Source: a virus | IMG/VR virus record: IMGVR_UViG_3300025645_000048 | Span: 1-64,000 of that record | Reading direction: 5' to 3' (one strand) | DNA: 64,000 nucleotides | Part shown: in pieces, positions 55,648-64,000 of the stretch | Layout: each line of letters begins with the position of its first letter | Numbering within the stretch: the stretch's first letter is position 1 | The notes under the pieces: generated by a model | The model's input: only the letters and a program-made list of their open reading frames with translations | What the model was told of the DNA's origin: nothing | The model's database searches: none | Translations under genes and position numbers: made by a program

Positions 55648-55923
55648 ATGAAAAAATTTAATCCACAAAGTAAATTTAGTTTATCAATAAAAGAACTTAT
55701 AACTGGAGCACTTGGATTAGGTTCATTATTAGCTGTTTTTTTTACTCTTAAAGCTGATATTGCATTGGCAAAACAATTGCCATTACCAGAAGTCACGAAA
55801 ATTGAATTGTCTTATAAAGATGAGTTAATAAAAAATGATTTCGAAAATATGAAAGAAGATATTTCTGACATAAAAGATGACATTAAATACATAAAAGATT
55901 ATATAATAAAAAATAAAAAATAA
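55648..55923 (+). CDS. Single-TM coiled-coil protein of lysis cassette
   Basis: N-terminal TM, FFTLKADI, coiled coil; weak paralogue of the next ORF. Confidence 0.6.
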   Translation: MKKFNPQSKFSLSIKELITGALGLGSLLAVFFTLKADIALAKQLPLPEVTKIELSYKDELIKNDFENMKEDISDIKDDIKYIKDYIIKNKK

Positions 55924-55925
55924 CC

Positions 55926-56237
55926 ATGGCAACTAAGATTGGTGAAGATACTAACGTACAGCTTGATTTAAAAACAATCGGCATAATTATAGCAGGAACA
56001 ATTTCTTTAGCTAGTATGTGGTTTACTTTACAAAGTGATATATCAGAATTACAAAACAAAATAGATAATTTTTCTGGAGATGAGTTTGTACAACAAATGG
56101 AGTTTAAATTTAAAGATGAGTTAATTCGTTCTAACATAGTTACAATTGATAAGCTTACTGAAAATATAAAAGAAGATGTTGAAGAAAATAAAGAAGCAAT
56201 AAAAGATTTAGAAGATAAAGTTTATAAAAAAAGATGA
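55926..56237 (+). CDS. Single-TM coiled-coil protein, copy 1
   Basis: TM IGIIIAGTISLASMWF; highly similar to 62409..62717. Confidence 0.7.
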   Translation: MATKIGEDTNVQLDLKTIGIIIAGTISLASMWFTLQSDISELQNKIDNFSGDEFVQQMEFKFKDELIRSNIVTIDKLTENIKEDVEENKEAIKDLEDKVYKKR

Positions 56238-56554
56238 AAAATTTAATATGTGTTTTTTTTGTGTTTTTTTTGTGTTTTATAAATGCACAAGATTTAACAT
56301 TAATGCATATAAATGCAAAATGGAATCAACCTAATAATTTTGATTTAAAGGGCATACAGAATTGTAAAGTGAGATATGCATTATTAGAAGATCAAGTCCC
56401 ATCACTCAAAGCACAAATAAAATCTGTTCCAATAATAATTTTATTAGACAAAAATGGAAAACCAAGAGGACAATGGGTTGCTAATTTAAGTTTTAAAATA
56501 ACAGCGACTAAAGAAGAAATACAAGATAGAGTAAATATTATTGCTAAAGAATAG
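56234..56554 (+). CDS. Exported thioredoxin-like-fold protein lacking CxxC, copy 1
   Basis: Signal peptide, INAKWN, IKSVPIIILLD..GK; similar to 62714..63037. Confidence 0.6.
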   Translation: MKNLICVFFVFFLCFINAQDLTLMHINAKWNQPNNFDLKGIQNCKVRYALLEDQVPSLKAQIKSVPIIILLDKNGKPRGQWVANLSFKITATKEEIQDRVNIIAKE

Positions 56555-56558
56555 TTAA

Positions 56559-56972
56559 ATGAGAAACATAGATAAAATTATTGTCCACTGTTCAGCAACT
56601 CCAAAAGGAAAACATTTCAGTGCTGATACTATAAAGAAATGGCATTTAGAAAGAGGCTTCTCAGATATTGGTTATCATTATATTGTTCATATTGATGGAA
56701 GTATGGAGTATGGAAGAATGGTTAACATTCAAGGTGCTCATTGTAAAGGACAAAATAAATCTAGCATAGGTGTATGTTATATTGGGGGGATGGATGAAGA
56801 TATGAATGAATGGGAAGACACAAGAACTGAAGAACAAAAATCTACACTTTTAGATTTATTAAATTTATTAAAAAAATTTCATCCAAATGCAGAAATATAT
56901 GGTCACAGAGACTTTTCTACAAAAGCATGTCCTAGTTTCGATGCAAAGGAAGAATATAAATATTTAACATGA
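56559..56972 (+). CDS. N-acetylmuramoyl-L-alanine amidase (T7 lysozyme-like endolysin)
   Basis: IIVHCSAT, DIGYHY, GAHC.G.N..SIGVCYIGG, GHRDF..KACPSF. Confidence 0.95.
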   Translation: MRNIDKIIVHCSATPKGKHFSADTIKKWHLERGFSDIGYHYIVHIDGSMEYGRMVNIQGAHCKGQNKSSIGVCYIGGMDEDMNEWEDTRTEEQKSTLLDLLNLLKKFHPNAEIYGHRDFSTKACPSFDAKEEYKYLT

Positions 56973-57376
56973 AAAAATTATTTGCAAAAATGTTTGGTGG
57001 AGCTGGAGTCTCTATCGCAGAAAAACTAGGAGGAGTAGTTGATAAGTTTGTAAGGACTAAAGATGAAAAGGCGGAGTTTGAAAAACAAATGACAGAGATT
57101 TTTATGTCTCATGAATTGAGTCTAGAAAAAGAAATCACATCACGTCATGCCGCAGACATGCAATCGGATTCATGGCTTTCGAAGAATATACGTCCTCTAC
57201 TTACTATTTTTAGCTTAATATTATATACACTATTTGCTATATCAGATGGCAATATAGGAGAATTTAATATAGCAAATCAGTATGTAGATCTGCTTGGACA
57301 AATTGTAATAATGAGTCTAGGTTTTTATTTTACTTCTCGAGGTATTGAAAAAACTGCAAAGATTTGGAAGAAATAA
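56969..57376 (+). CDS. Holin-like membrane protein, copy 1
   Basis: DMQSDSWLSKNIRPL, two TMs, FYFTSRGIEK; follows the endolysin. Confidence 0.75.
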   Translation: MKKLFAKMFGGAGVSIAEKLGGVVDKFVRTKDEKAEFEKQMTEIFMSHELSLEKEITSRHAADMQSDSWLSKNIRPLLTIFSLILYTLFAISDGNIGEFNIANQYVDLLGQIVIMSLGFYFTSRGIEKTAKIWKK

Positions 57377-57418
57377 AACAAAGCAAAAGATTTATTAACT
57401 TTGTTAAAATAAATTATT

Positions 57419-58144
57419 ATGGCAAGAATTAGTACTTACCCTTTAGACACTAAACTAGTTGGCTCCGATTATTGGATTGGATCAGACGCTAATAGTAGTT
57501 TTGCTACTAAAAACTTTACTATAGAGTCTGTAGCTAAGTTTATGAACAGGGAAGCTGTTCAGTCACAAGCTATAAGATTTGTATATACTAATACTGTTCC
57601 AGTTGGGACTGGAAGTTTATCATTTAATCCACAAGGTAATGACAATGTATCGTTTTCTGGAATAACAGGATTTAAAATTAGCAAGTATGCATTAGTAGAA
57701 CCTACAACAGACATTTCTGGGTATTATGAAACTGGATTATTAGGTGCAGATGTATTGGTCACTCAATGTGATGACATATCTAAATGGGCTATTTTTACTT
57801 GGAACACCGCTACAGTAGATGCAAGTGGAAACTTTTACGACATAGCTGTTACCCATAAGAACAGTCAAAATGGCTTAACAGCAAACAAAGATTATTTTAT
57901 ATCTTTGCTAAGTATTCCAGGGACATCTGATGCAAACTTTACATTTGCATTAACTGGATCAAATCAATACACTGTTGTTCATGGTTTGAACAAAATTCCA
58001 TCAGTAACAGTTTTGACAGGAACAATTGCAAGTCCTGGAGTAGAAATTTTTTGCGATGTTGATTTTGTTGATAACAATCAAGTAACATTAACATTTGCAC
58101 AACCTGCAAACCCAGGATTTACTGGGGTTGTAACATTTAATTAA
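57419..58144 (+). CDS. Virion structural / fibre-associated protein
   Basis: MARISTYP N-terminus; C-terminal VVHGLNKIPSVTV domain; TAACTTTG box at 57396-57403. Confidence 0.6.
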   Translation: MARISTYPLDTKLVGSDYWIGSDANSSFATKNFTIESVAKFMNREAVQSQAIRFVYTNTVPVGTGSLSFNPQGNDNVSFSGITGFKISKYALVEPTTDISGYYETGLLGADVLVTQCDDISKWAIFTWNTATVDASGNFYDIAVTHKNSQNGLTANKDYFISLLSIPGTSDANFTFALTGSNQYTVVHGLNKIPSVTVLTGTIASPGVEIFCDVDFVDNNQVTLTFAQPANPGFTGVVTFN

Positions 58145-58155
58145 AATAAAAAATT

Positions 58156-59646
58156 ATGGCAATAAAATATTTATCTAATATTAATCTTGATAATAATGAG
58201 CTGAAAGGCTTTATTGTCGATAATCAATCATCTAACCCAAGTGGACTAGCTGGTGAAGGACAACTTATATACAGAACTGACACAAATGAACTTTACTATC
58301 ACACTGGTAGTAATACATGGGTAGCGATATCATCTGGTATGGTTACGTGGATATTAGCAGGAGATTCAGGAACACAAACTATTGGAAATGGTCAATCTGC
58401 AACTGTAGCTGGTGAGTCAGGGTTTATAACAACAACTGCGGGAGCTACTAGACAGGTAACAATTACAATGGATGATAATGCACCTAGTGCTGCAGCAGGC
58501 ACAGTCGCATTCCCAACTAGTATTGGTTACAATAAAAAAGGACAAATCACAGCAGTTACTGCTGGTACACAACCCGTAACTAGTTTTAATATAAGTGATG
58601 GTACAACTTCAGAGACTGTTGAAAATGGAGACACAATTACATTTGCACATAATACAGGTTTAGAAGCAACAATTAGTGCTACAGATACAGTAACATATAG
58701 CTTACAATTAGAAGATTTACCAGACATGACTCAAACCTGGGTTAACACTGATGAATTTATTGTATTAGATGGAACAGCTCAGAAAAGAAAACAAAGTAGT
58801 GAAATACCTATTAACTTACTAGGAGCTCCAGCCGCAAATTTAGATATTAATACAAATAAACTTATAAATGTAACTAATCCTACAGATGCACAAGACGCAG
58901 CAACAAAAGCATATGTTGATGCTGCTGTAACGGGACTTTTAGAATTTAAAGGAGGATTTGATGGTAGTACCGGTAAGGTTGCAGGAACAACAGACTTTTT
59001 AGATAGTAGAGGTACACAGATTGCATGTGCAGTCGGTGATACTTATGTCGTAACTGTAGATGGTACTTTTTATACTGAAACTGTAGCGGTTGGTGACACA
59101 TTAATATGTCAAACTGCAACTGCAGCTGGGGCAGGAGCATTAACTGACTGGATTACTGTTCAAAATAACATAGGTATAGCAACAGCAACAACTACAGGTA
59201 TTGTAAGCATTCCTACAGCAGGAGGACTTACGGTAAGTGCGGCAGGAGCAGTATCTTTAGACACTCAAGGTGGATTAACTGCAGATACATATGGTGCAGC
59301 AGCAAAAGCAACCGTAATTACTGTAGATGATAAAGGTGTTATTACTGGAGCATCAGAACCAGCTATCGCAATAACAGCATCTCAAGTAACAGACTTTTGT
59401 ACTGAAGTTCAATCTTGTGTAGGAACAAATTTAAATTATGCAGTTGACATTGGAGATGGCTCAACTAACCCTATTATTGTAACTCATAACTTAGGAACAT
59501 TAGATGTAATTGTACAGTTAGTATTAAAGTCTACTGGCGAAACAATTTATGCAGATACAGTTAGAAACAGTACAACACAAGTAACTATAACTACTACAAC
59601 AACTTTAGCTACTGCTGAAGCTAGGATTTTGGTAACCGCTGTGTAA
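58156..59646 (+). CDS. Tail fibre-like structural protein
   Basis: Thr/Gly-rich; PTDAQDAATKAYVD motif; C-terminal VTHNLGT.DV.VQ. Confidence 0.75.
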   Translation: MAIKYLSNINLDNNELKGFIVDNQSSNPSGLAGEGQLIYRTDTNELYYHTGSNTWVAISSGMVTWILAGDSGTQTIGNGQSATVAGESGFITTTAGATRQVTITMDDNAPSAAAGTVAFPTSIGYNKKGQITAVTAGTQPVTSFNISDGTTSETVENGDTITFAHNTGLEATISATDTVTYSLQLEDLPDMTQTWVNTDEFIVLDGTAQKRKQSSEIPINLLGAPAANLDINTNKLINVTNPTDAQDAATKAYVDAAVTGLLEFKGGFDGSTGKVAGTTDFLDSRGTQIACAVGDTYVVTVDGTFYTETVAVGDTLICQTATAAGAGALTDWITVQNNIGIATATTTGIVSIPTAGGLTVSAAGAVSLDTQGGLTADTYGAAAKATVITVDDKGVITGASEPAIAITASQVTDFCTEVQSCVGTNLNYAVDIGDGSTNPIIVTHNLGTLDVIVQLVLKSTGETIYADTVRNSTTQVTITTTTTLATAEARILVTAV

Positions 59647-59664
59647 AACATTAACTTTACTCAC

Positions 59665-61251
59665 ATGGCGATTAGATTCTTAAGTAGCGGAGACATAGAT
59701 GGTGCTTTAACCATAAACTCTACCGTCACCTTAAATAAAACTAATAATGTTATTAGTATTCCTAGTTTAGTCGATAATGGAACTTTTCTAGAAATTACAC
59801 AAACAGGAAATGAAACTTGGTTATTTAAGTGTGAATCATTAAGTGGATCATTAGATGGTGTTTCAATCGGCACTAGCAGTGCAGGTAAAGTGACGTTCGA
59901 TGAAAATGGACAAATTCATAGCACTCAATTATTAGATGTAGCAACAGCAGGAGGAAGGTTAATAGGTGAAAGTAGTAGGGGGTATCTATCATCAATTCAT
60001 TTAGAACAGTCAGCTACTGGTGCAGATGGAGGCTATATTAGATTTGAAACTGCAACTTCTGGAACGACAAGTGGTGTTGAAAGATTAAGAATTACAGATA
60101 CTGGAGCTATATCTGTCGGATCGACAGGAACTAACTATGGTTCATCTGGTCAAGTATTAACTTCTGGTGGAAACTCTAATCCTACATGGACAACCCCAAC
60201 AACAGGAACCGTAACTGGTACTGGTGTTAATAATAGATTAGCAATTTGGAATGGCACAACTGCTATTGATTCTGATTCTGATTTTTATGTTGATGGTGAT
60301 ACTATATTCACAGCAAACTTTCAAGCATCTGGAAACATATCTATAACAGGCACATCATTTTTAGATGGTGATGTTACAATTGGTGATACAAATTCAGCAT
60401 TTATAGGAATGGCAAGAGCAGGTGCAAATTATTTAGCTGCAACAAATGCGTCTGGATATTTAGTATTTAGAACTGCTGGTTCAAATGAAAGAATGCGTAT
60501 AGACATTTCAGGGGATGTCGGGATAGGAGTTACAGACGGAGATATATTTGGTAGATTTTATGGTAGAAGTGTTGGTATAGGAGGAACTGGTATTGCTAAG
60601 TTACAGATAAATGGAACTTCTTATTCTGGAATTGATTTAGGTCAAAATGGAACAAGATACGGAGAATTAAATGCAAGTGCTACCATAGTTCAACTTCAAA
60701 CACTTGCAGACATTCCATTAACTTTTGGTACAGGCACAAGTGCTACAGAAAGAATGCGTATAACATCTGGGGGTCAAGTTTGTATTGGCACAGATTCAAC
60801 AACAGTATCATCATCAGTTGTAAGTGCTGTTTTTGGCTCTGGTAGTGATGCAACTTTAAAATTAGGTGGGCATAGTGGTACACACACTATGGTACAATTT
60901 TTCCATACAGGTTCATCAGTTGGTAGTATAACATCTACTACAAGTGCAACTTCCTACAACACATCTTCTGATTATAGATTAAAAGAAGATTTACAAGACT
61001 TTGCAGGTTTAGATATGGTTTCTAAAATACCTGTATATGACTTTAAATGGAAAACAGATGATAGCAGAAGTTATGGAGTTATGGCTCACGAACTACAAGA
61101 AGTTTTACCTCAAGCAGTTTCAGGAGATAAAGATGCAGAAGAAATGCAATCTGTTGATTATTCTAAAATAGTTCCTTTATTAGTTAAGTCAATACAAGAA
61201 CTAAAAGCAGAAGTAGACAAATTGAAACAAGAATGTAAATGTAAAAATTAG
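59665..61251 (+). CDS. Tail fibre with C-terminal S74-like chaperone
   Basis: ERMRI..G.VGIG repeats; TSSDYRLKED...GVMAHELQEV...VDYSKIVPLLVKSIQEL. Confidence 0.9.
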   Translation: MAIRFLSSGDIDGALTINSTVTLNKTNNVISIPSLVDNGTFLEITQTGNETWLFKCESLSGSLDGVSIGTSSAGKVTFDENGQIHSTQLLDVATAGGRLIGESSRGYLSSIHLEQSATGADGGYIRFETATSGTTSGVERLRITDTGAISVGSTGTNYGSSGQVLTSGGNSNPTWTTPTTGTVTGTGVNNRLAIWNGTTAIDSDSDFYVDGDTIFTANFQASGNISITGTSFLDGDVTIGDTNSAFIGMARAGANYLAATNASGYLVFRTAGSNERMRIDISGDVGIGVTDGDIFGRFYGRSVGIGGTGIAKLQINGTSYSGIDLGQNGTRYGELNASATIVQLQTLADIPLTFGTGTSATERMRITSGGQVCIGTDSTTVSSSVVSAVFGSGSDATLKLGGHSGTHTMVQFFHTGSSVGSITSTTSATSYNTSSDYRLKEDLQDFAGLDMVSKIPVYDFKWKTDDSRSYGVMAHELQEVLPQAVSGDKDAEEMQSVDYSKIVPLLVKSIQELKAEVDKLKQECKCKN

Positions 61252-61283
61252 TATATTTATATCTTAATCATAAAATTAATAAA

Positions 61284-61517
61284 ATGTCAAAAATTACAAA
61301 AGAAGAATTAAAAAATTTACAAGAACAACAAGGTAAGCTAAATGCTATTAAACACGATATTGGTTTATTAAGCACACAAATACATAGCTTAAACCATATG
61401 TACGCTGAAGAAATTTCTAAACAAGAAGAAAGTAAAAAAGGTTTAGAAGAATCTTACGGTAAAATAAACATAGACCTAAAGGATGGGTCATATGAAGAAA
61501 TCAAAGAAGATAAATAA
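61284..61517 (+). CDS. Small coiled-coil protein, homologue of 2482..2736
   Basis: KITKEELK...YGKINIDLKDG. Confidence 0.75.
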   Translation: MSKITKEELKNLQEQQGKLNAIKHDIGLLSTQIHSLNHMYAEEISKQEESKKGLEESYGKINIDLKDGSYEEIKEDK

Positions 61518-61687
61518 TGAGTTTACAGGATATGAAATTGTATGCAATTAATTTTTCAGCTTTTACGTTGAGTTTCACAAATATTGATATGATATTAAAA
61601 ATAATACTACTTACAGTTACTATCCTGTACACAACTCACAAATGGTATTTAATGTATGAAGAAAATAAGCGAAAACATAAGTTATAA
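61517..61687 (+). CDS. 56-aa membrane protein (holin-like), not in ORF track
   Basis: MSLQDMKLYAINFSAFTLSFTNIDMILKIILLTVTILYT..KW; overlaps the endopeptidase start. Confidence 0.6.
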   Translation: MSLQDMKLYAINFSAFTLSFTNIDMILKIILLTVTILYTTHKWYLMYEENKRKHKL

Positions 61688-62129
61688 GGAAGCAGTACGT
61701 TCCGAAACAGCTAAACGTTTAGGTATCTCAAATAAACCTAAAAAAGAACATATTGAAAATATGGAGTTAATAGCTGAAAAAATCTTTCAACCATTAAGAG
61801 AATGGGTAGACCATCCTATTAGAATAAACAGCTTTTATCGTTCAGAAGAACTTAATTCAAGAATTGGAGGTGCAATTTCATCGGCTCATAAAGATGGTTT
61901 AGCAATGGATTTAGATTCTTTAGGTGGCAAAACTAACCTTGAGATGTTACATTATATAAAAGACCATTTAGACTTTGATATTTTAATTAATGAATATCCA
62001 AATCAAGAAGGAGAACCAAAATGGATTCACGTTAGTTGGAGTAAAAAGAAAAACAGAAAACAAGTTTTAGAAATAAAACGCAAAGGCAAATACTATACTT
62101 ATACAGGCGAATGTAAAAGCTGTAAATGA
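61656..62129 (+). CDS. Peptidase M15A-like endolysin
   Basis: INSFYRS..LN..IGG...SAH..G.A.D...WIHVS. Confidence 0.9.
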   Translation: MKKISENISYKEAVRSETAKRLGISNKPKKEHIENMELIAEKIFQPLREWVDHPIRINSFYRSEELNSRIGGAISSAHKDGLAMDLDSLGGKTNLEMLHYIKDHLDFDILINEYPNQEGEPKWIHVSWSKKKNRKQVLEIKRKGKYYTYTGECKSCK

Positions 62130-62287
62130 AAAAAGTAGAATTTGCAATAATTGAAAGGTTTGCTTTAGGTATATTAATTGGTTTTAGTTATTTGCCACAA
62201 GATGAAGAAACAAATTTTGATGAATTAAATATATATGTAATTTTTATAGTATTACATTTTAAATTTTATAACGATGCCCATACCTAA
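62126..62287 (+). CDS. Small hypothetical protein, not in ORF track
   Basis: MKKVEFAIIERFALGILIGFSY...; ATGA overlap. Confidence 0.5.
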   Translation: MKKVEFAIIERFALGILIGFSYLPQDEETNFDELNIYVIFIVLHFKFYNDAHT

Positions 62288-62405
62288 AAAGAAACAAGGA
62301 GAAAAACAGAAGGACTATATGATGCGATGTGTACCTCAATTGATGAAATACCATCCAGAAAAACAAGCTGTAGCAATTTGCTATAAAGAATACAGAAACA
62401 AATAA
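62274..62405 (+). CDS. 43-aa peptide MPIPKKKQGEKQKDYMMRC...QAVAICY
   Basis: Motif recalled from small phage proteins; read by hand. Confidence 0.65.
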   Translation: MPIPKKKQGEKQKDYMMRCVPQLMKYHPEKQAVAICYKEYRNK

Positions 62406-62408
62406 AAA

Positions 62409-62717
62409 ATGGCAACAAAGATAAGTGAAGATACAAACGTACAATTAGATTTAAAAACTATTGGAATTATAATAGCAGGAACAATATCACTTGCGAGTAT
62501 GTGGTTTACTTTACAAGGAGATATACAAGACCTAAACAATAAAATTGAGGGGTTTAGTGGAGATGAATTTGTGCAAAGAATGGAATTCCAATTAAAAGAT
62601 GAATTAATTAGAAATAACGTAATACAAATTGATAAGCTAACAGAAAATATGAAAGAGGATATTGAAGAAAATAAAGAAGCTATAAAAGATTTAGAAAACA
62701 AAGTTTTTAGAAGATGA
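62409..62717 (+). CDS. Single-TM coiled-coil protein, copy 2
   Basis: Highly similar to 55926..56237. Confidence 0.7.
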   Translation: MATKISEDTNVQLDLKTIGIIIAGTISLASMWFTLQGDIQDLNNKIEGFSGDEFVQRMEFQLKDELIRNNVIQIDKLTENMKEDIEENKEAIKDLENKVFRR

Positions 62718-63037
62718 AACATTTAATATATGTATTGTTTATTTTGTTATTGTGTTCAATAGGTAACGCTCAAGATTTAACATTATTACACATAAACGCA
62801 AAATGGAATCAATCGAATAATTACGATTTGAAAGGTTTAAAAAATTGTAAAGTTAAAATGACTTTATTAGAGGATTTAGTACCTTCTATGAAAGCACAAA
62901 TAAAATCAGTACCTACTATTATTTTACTTGACCAAAACGGTAAACCAAGAGGACAATGGAAGGCAGGTTTAAGTTTTAAAGTAGAAGCAACAAAAGAAGA
63001 AATACAAGACAGAATTGATTTTATATTTAAACAATAA
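62714..63037 (+). CDS. Exported thioredoxin-like-fold protein, copy 2
   Basis: Highly similar to 56234..56554. Confidence 0.6.
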   Translation: MKHLIYVLFILLLCSIGNAQDLTLLHINAKWNQSNNYDLKGLKNCKVKMTLLEDLVPSMKAQIKSVPTIILLDQNGKPRGQWKAGLSFKVEATKEEIQDRIDFIFKQ

Positions 63038-63041
63038 TATT

Positions 63042-63182
63042 ATGGAAACTATAAAACATTTACTGGGTTTTTGTGGGGAGCATTTGCATCCTAACATTTT
63101 TACAATTACAATAACATTAATTATTTTAAAATTAATTTATGAAAAATATATTAGCAAAACTATTTGGGGGAGCTGGAGGTAG
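63042..63182 (+). CDS. Small membrane peptide METIKHLLGFCGEHLHPNIF...
   Basis: Read by hand; H/C motif then a hydrophobic stretch. Confidence 0.5.
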   Translation: METIKHLLGFCGEHLHPNIFTITITLIILKLIYEKYISKTIWGSWR

Positions 63183-63546
63183 TATAGCAGAAAAAATATC
63201 TGGTATTATTGACAAACATACTTTTAGTAAAGTTGAGAAAGCACAATTTGAAAAAGAGATGGAGGAGATATTTATCAAAGCTGAACTTGATCTTGAAAGA
63301 GAAATAACAAATCGTCACGCAAATGATATGGCAAGTGATAGTTGGTTAAGCAAAAACATCAGACCAATGCTTACTATATTTTCTTTAGTTTTATATACTT
63401 TATTTGCCTTAATTGACGGAAACATAGGAGAATTCAACATAGCGAATCAATATGTAGATTTACTTGGGCAAATAGTTATAATGAGTTTAGGGTTTTACTT
63501 TACATCAAGAGGTATAGAAAAAACAGCAAAGATCATTAAGAAATAA
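63139..63546 (+). CDS. Holin-like membrane protein, copy 2
   Basis: C-terminal half almost identical to 56969..57376. Confidence 0.75.
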   Translation: MKNILAKLFGGAGGSIAEKISGIIDKHTFSKVEKAQFEKEMEEIFIKAELDLEREITNRHANDMASDSWLSKNIRPMLTIFSLVLYTLFALIDGNIGEFNIANQYVDLLGQIVIMSLGFYFTSRGIEKTAKIIKK

Positions 63547-63680
63547 TGGCTAAAGGAATTAATATAAGCACATATAAAAGCAAATCAAAGAAGCGTAAAG
63601 GAATACACGCAAAAAGTAAAATGAGTGCCTTAAAAGGCTCTAAAAACTATTTTAAGAAATATAAAGGTCAAGGTAAATAA
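63546..63680 (+). CDS. 44-aa basic peptide ending YKGQGK
   Basis: Homologue of 52669..52794; TAATG coupling. Confidence 0.7.
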   Translation: MAKGINISTYKSKSKKRKGIHAKSKMSALKGSKNYFKKYKGQGK

Positions 63681-63699
63681 TTTTTTTATATATTTGTTT

Positions 63700-63790
63700 G
63701 GCTTATAGCAAACTTGCACAACCTAATAAAGTTGGACGGTGCTTGGAACAGGTAACTAAATTATTTCTTTTTTGTAGGCTTTTTTCTTTC
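63700..63790 (+). ncRNA. Candidate small RNA
   Basis: Follows TATATTTG box (63689-63696); ends pair (GGCUUAUAG/UUGUAGGCU) and are followed by a U-rich tract. Confidence 0.35.
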
Positions 63791-63869
63791 TTTTTCTTTT
63801 TGTCCTTTTTCTTTTTCTTTCTTTTTAGTTATTATAAAAACTATAGGTTATAACCAAAAGTTATAATAT

Positions 63870-64000
63870 ATGAATTGTAAGAAATGTAAATACAAAATGT
63901 TATATTTAGGTAGTAATCAAAACGGTTATTATAATTTGTGTAAAAAATGCAATAACGTTATACCTACAAATGAAAAAATTAACAAGAAGCAAACTAATTA
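63870..64000 (+). CDS. Small zinc-ribbon protein (CxxC...CxxC), reaches window edge
   Basis: MNCKKC...LCKKC. Confidence 0.5.
   Translation, partial: MNCKKCKYKMLYLGSNQNGYYNLCKKCNNVIPTNEKINKKQTN

Noticed and set aside
1-64000. Diversity-generating retroelement, integrase, DNA polymerase or alternative genetic code
   Set aside because: No reverse transcriptase, recombinase or polymerase motifs were recognised; long ORFs are intact under the standard code and all three stop codons are used.

Overview
The whole window is AT-rich tailed-phage DNA, most likely a marine podovirus-like phage of Bacteroidota (Flavobacteriia). The host inference rests on 11 TAnnTTTG promoter boxes and A-rich, Shine-Dalgarno-less leaders. 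Layout: 1-34.8 kb (+) holds a tail fibre, tandem-GroES-like protein, terminase, portal, scaffold, major capsid, tail proteins and ejection proteins, including a 2992-aa giant. 34.8-49.2 kb (-) holds replication, recombination and early genes (VRR-NUC, SNF2 helicase, two C5 methyltransferases, primase-helicase, SSB, exonuclease plus annealing protein, many small ORFs). 49.2-49.7 kb is a non-coding strand switch, possibly the genome end. 49.7-64 kb (+) holds GroEL/GroES, about a dozen tiny basic ORFs, a lysis cassette, tail fibres and a second diverged lysis cassette (recombinant or chimeric contig). The main signals beyond the ORF track are a complete type I hammerhead ribozyme (46081-46145, -), a tRNA-like mini-element (47794-47837, -) and a pseudoknot after ssb (41068-41118, -), each overlapping the upstream stop codon. 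There are also two probable overprinted genes (a 50-aa basic peptide in the giant ejection gene and a beta-subunit-like ORF in the methyltransferase) and two copies of an origin-like architecture. All family assignments come from motif recognition by eye; no searches were run.
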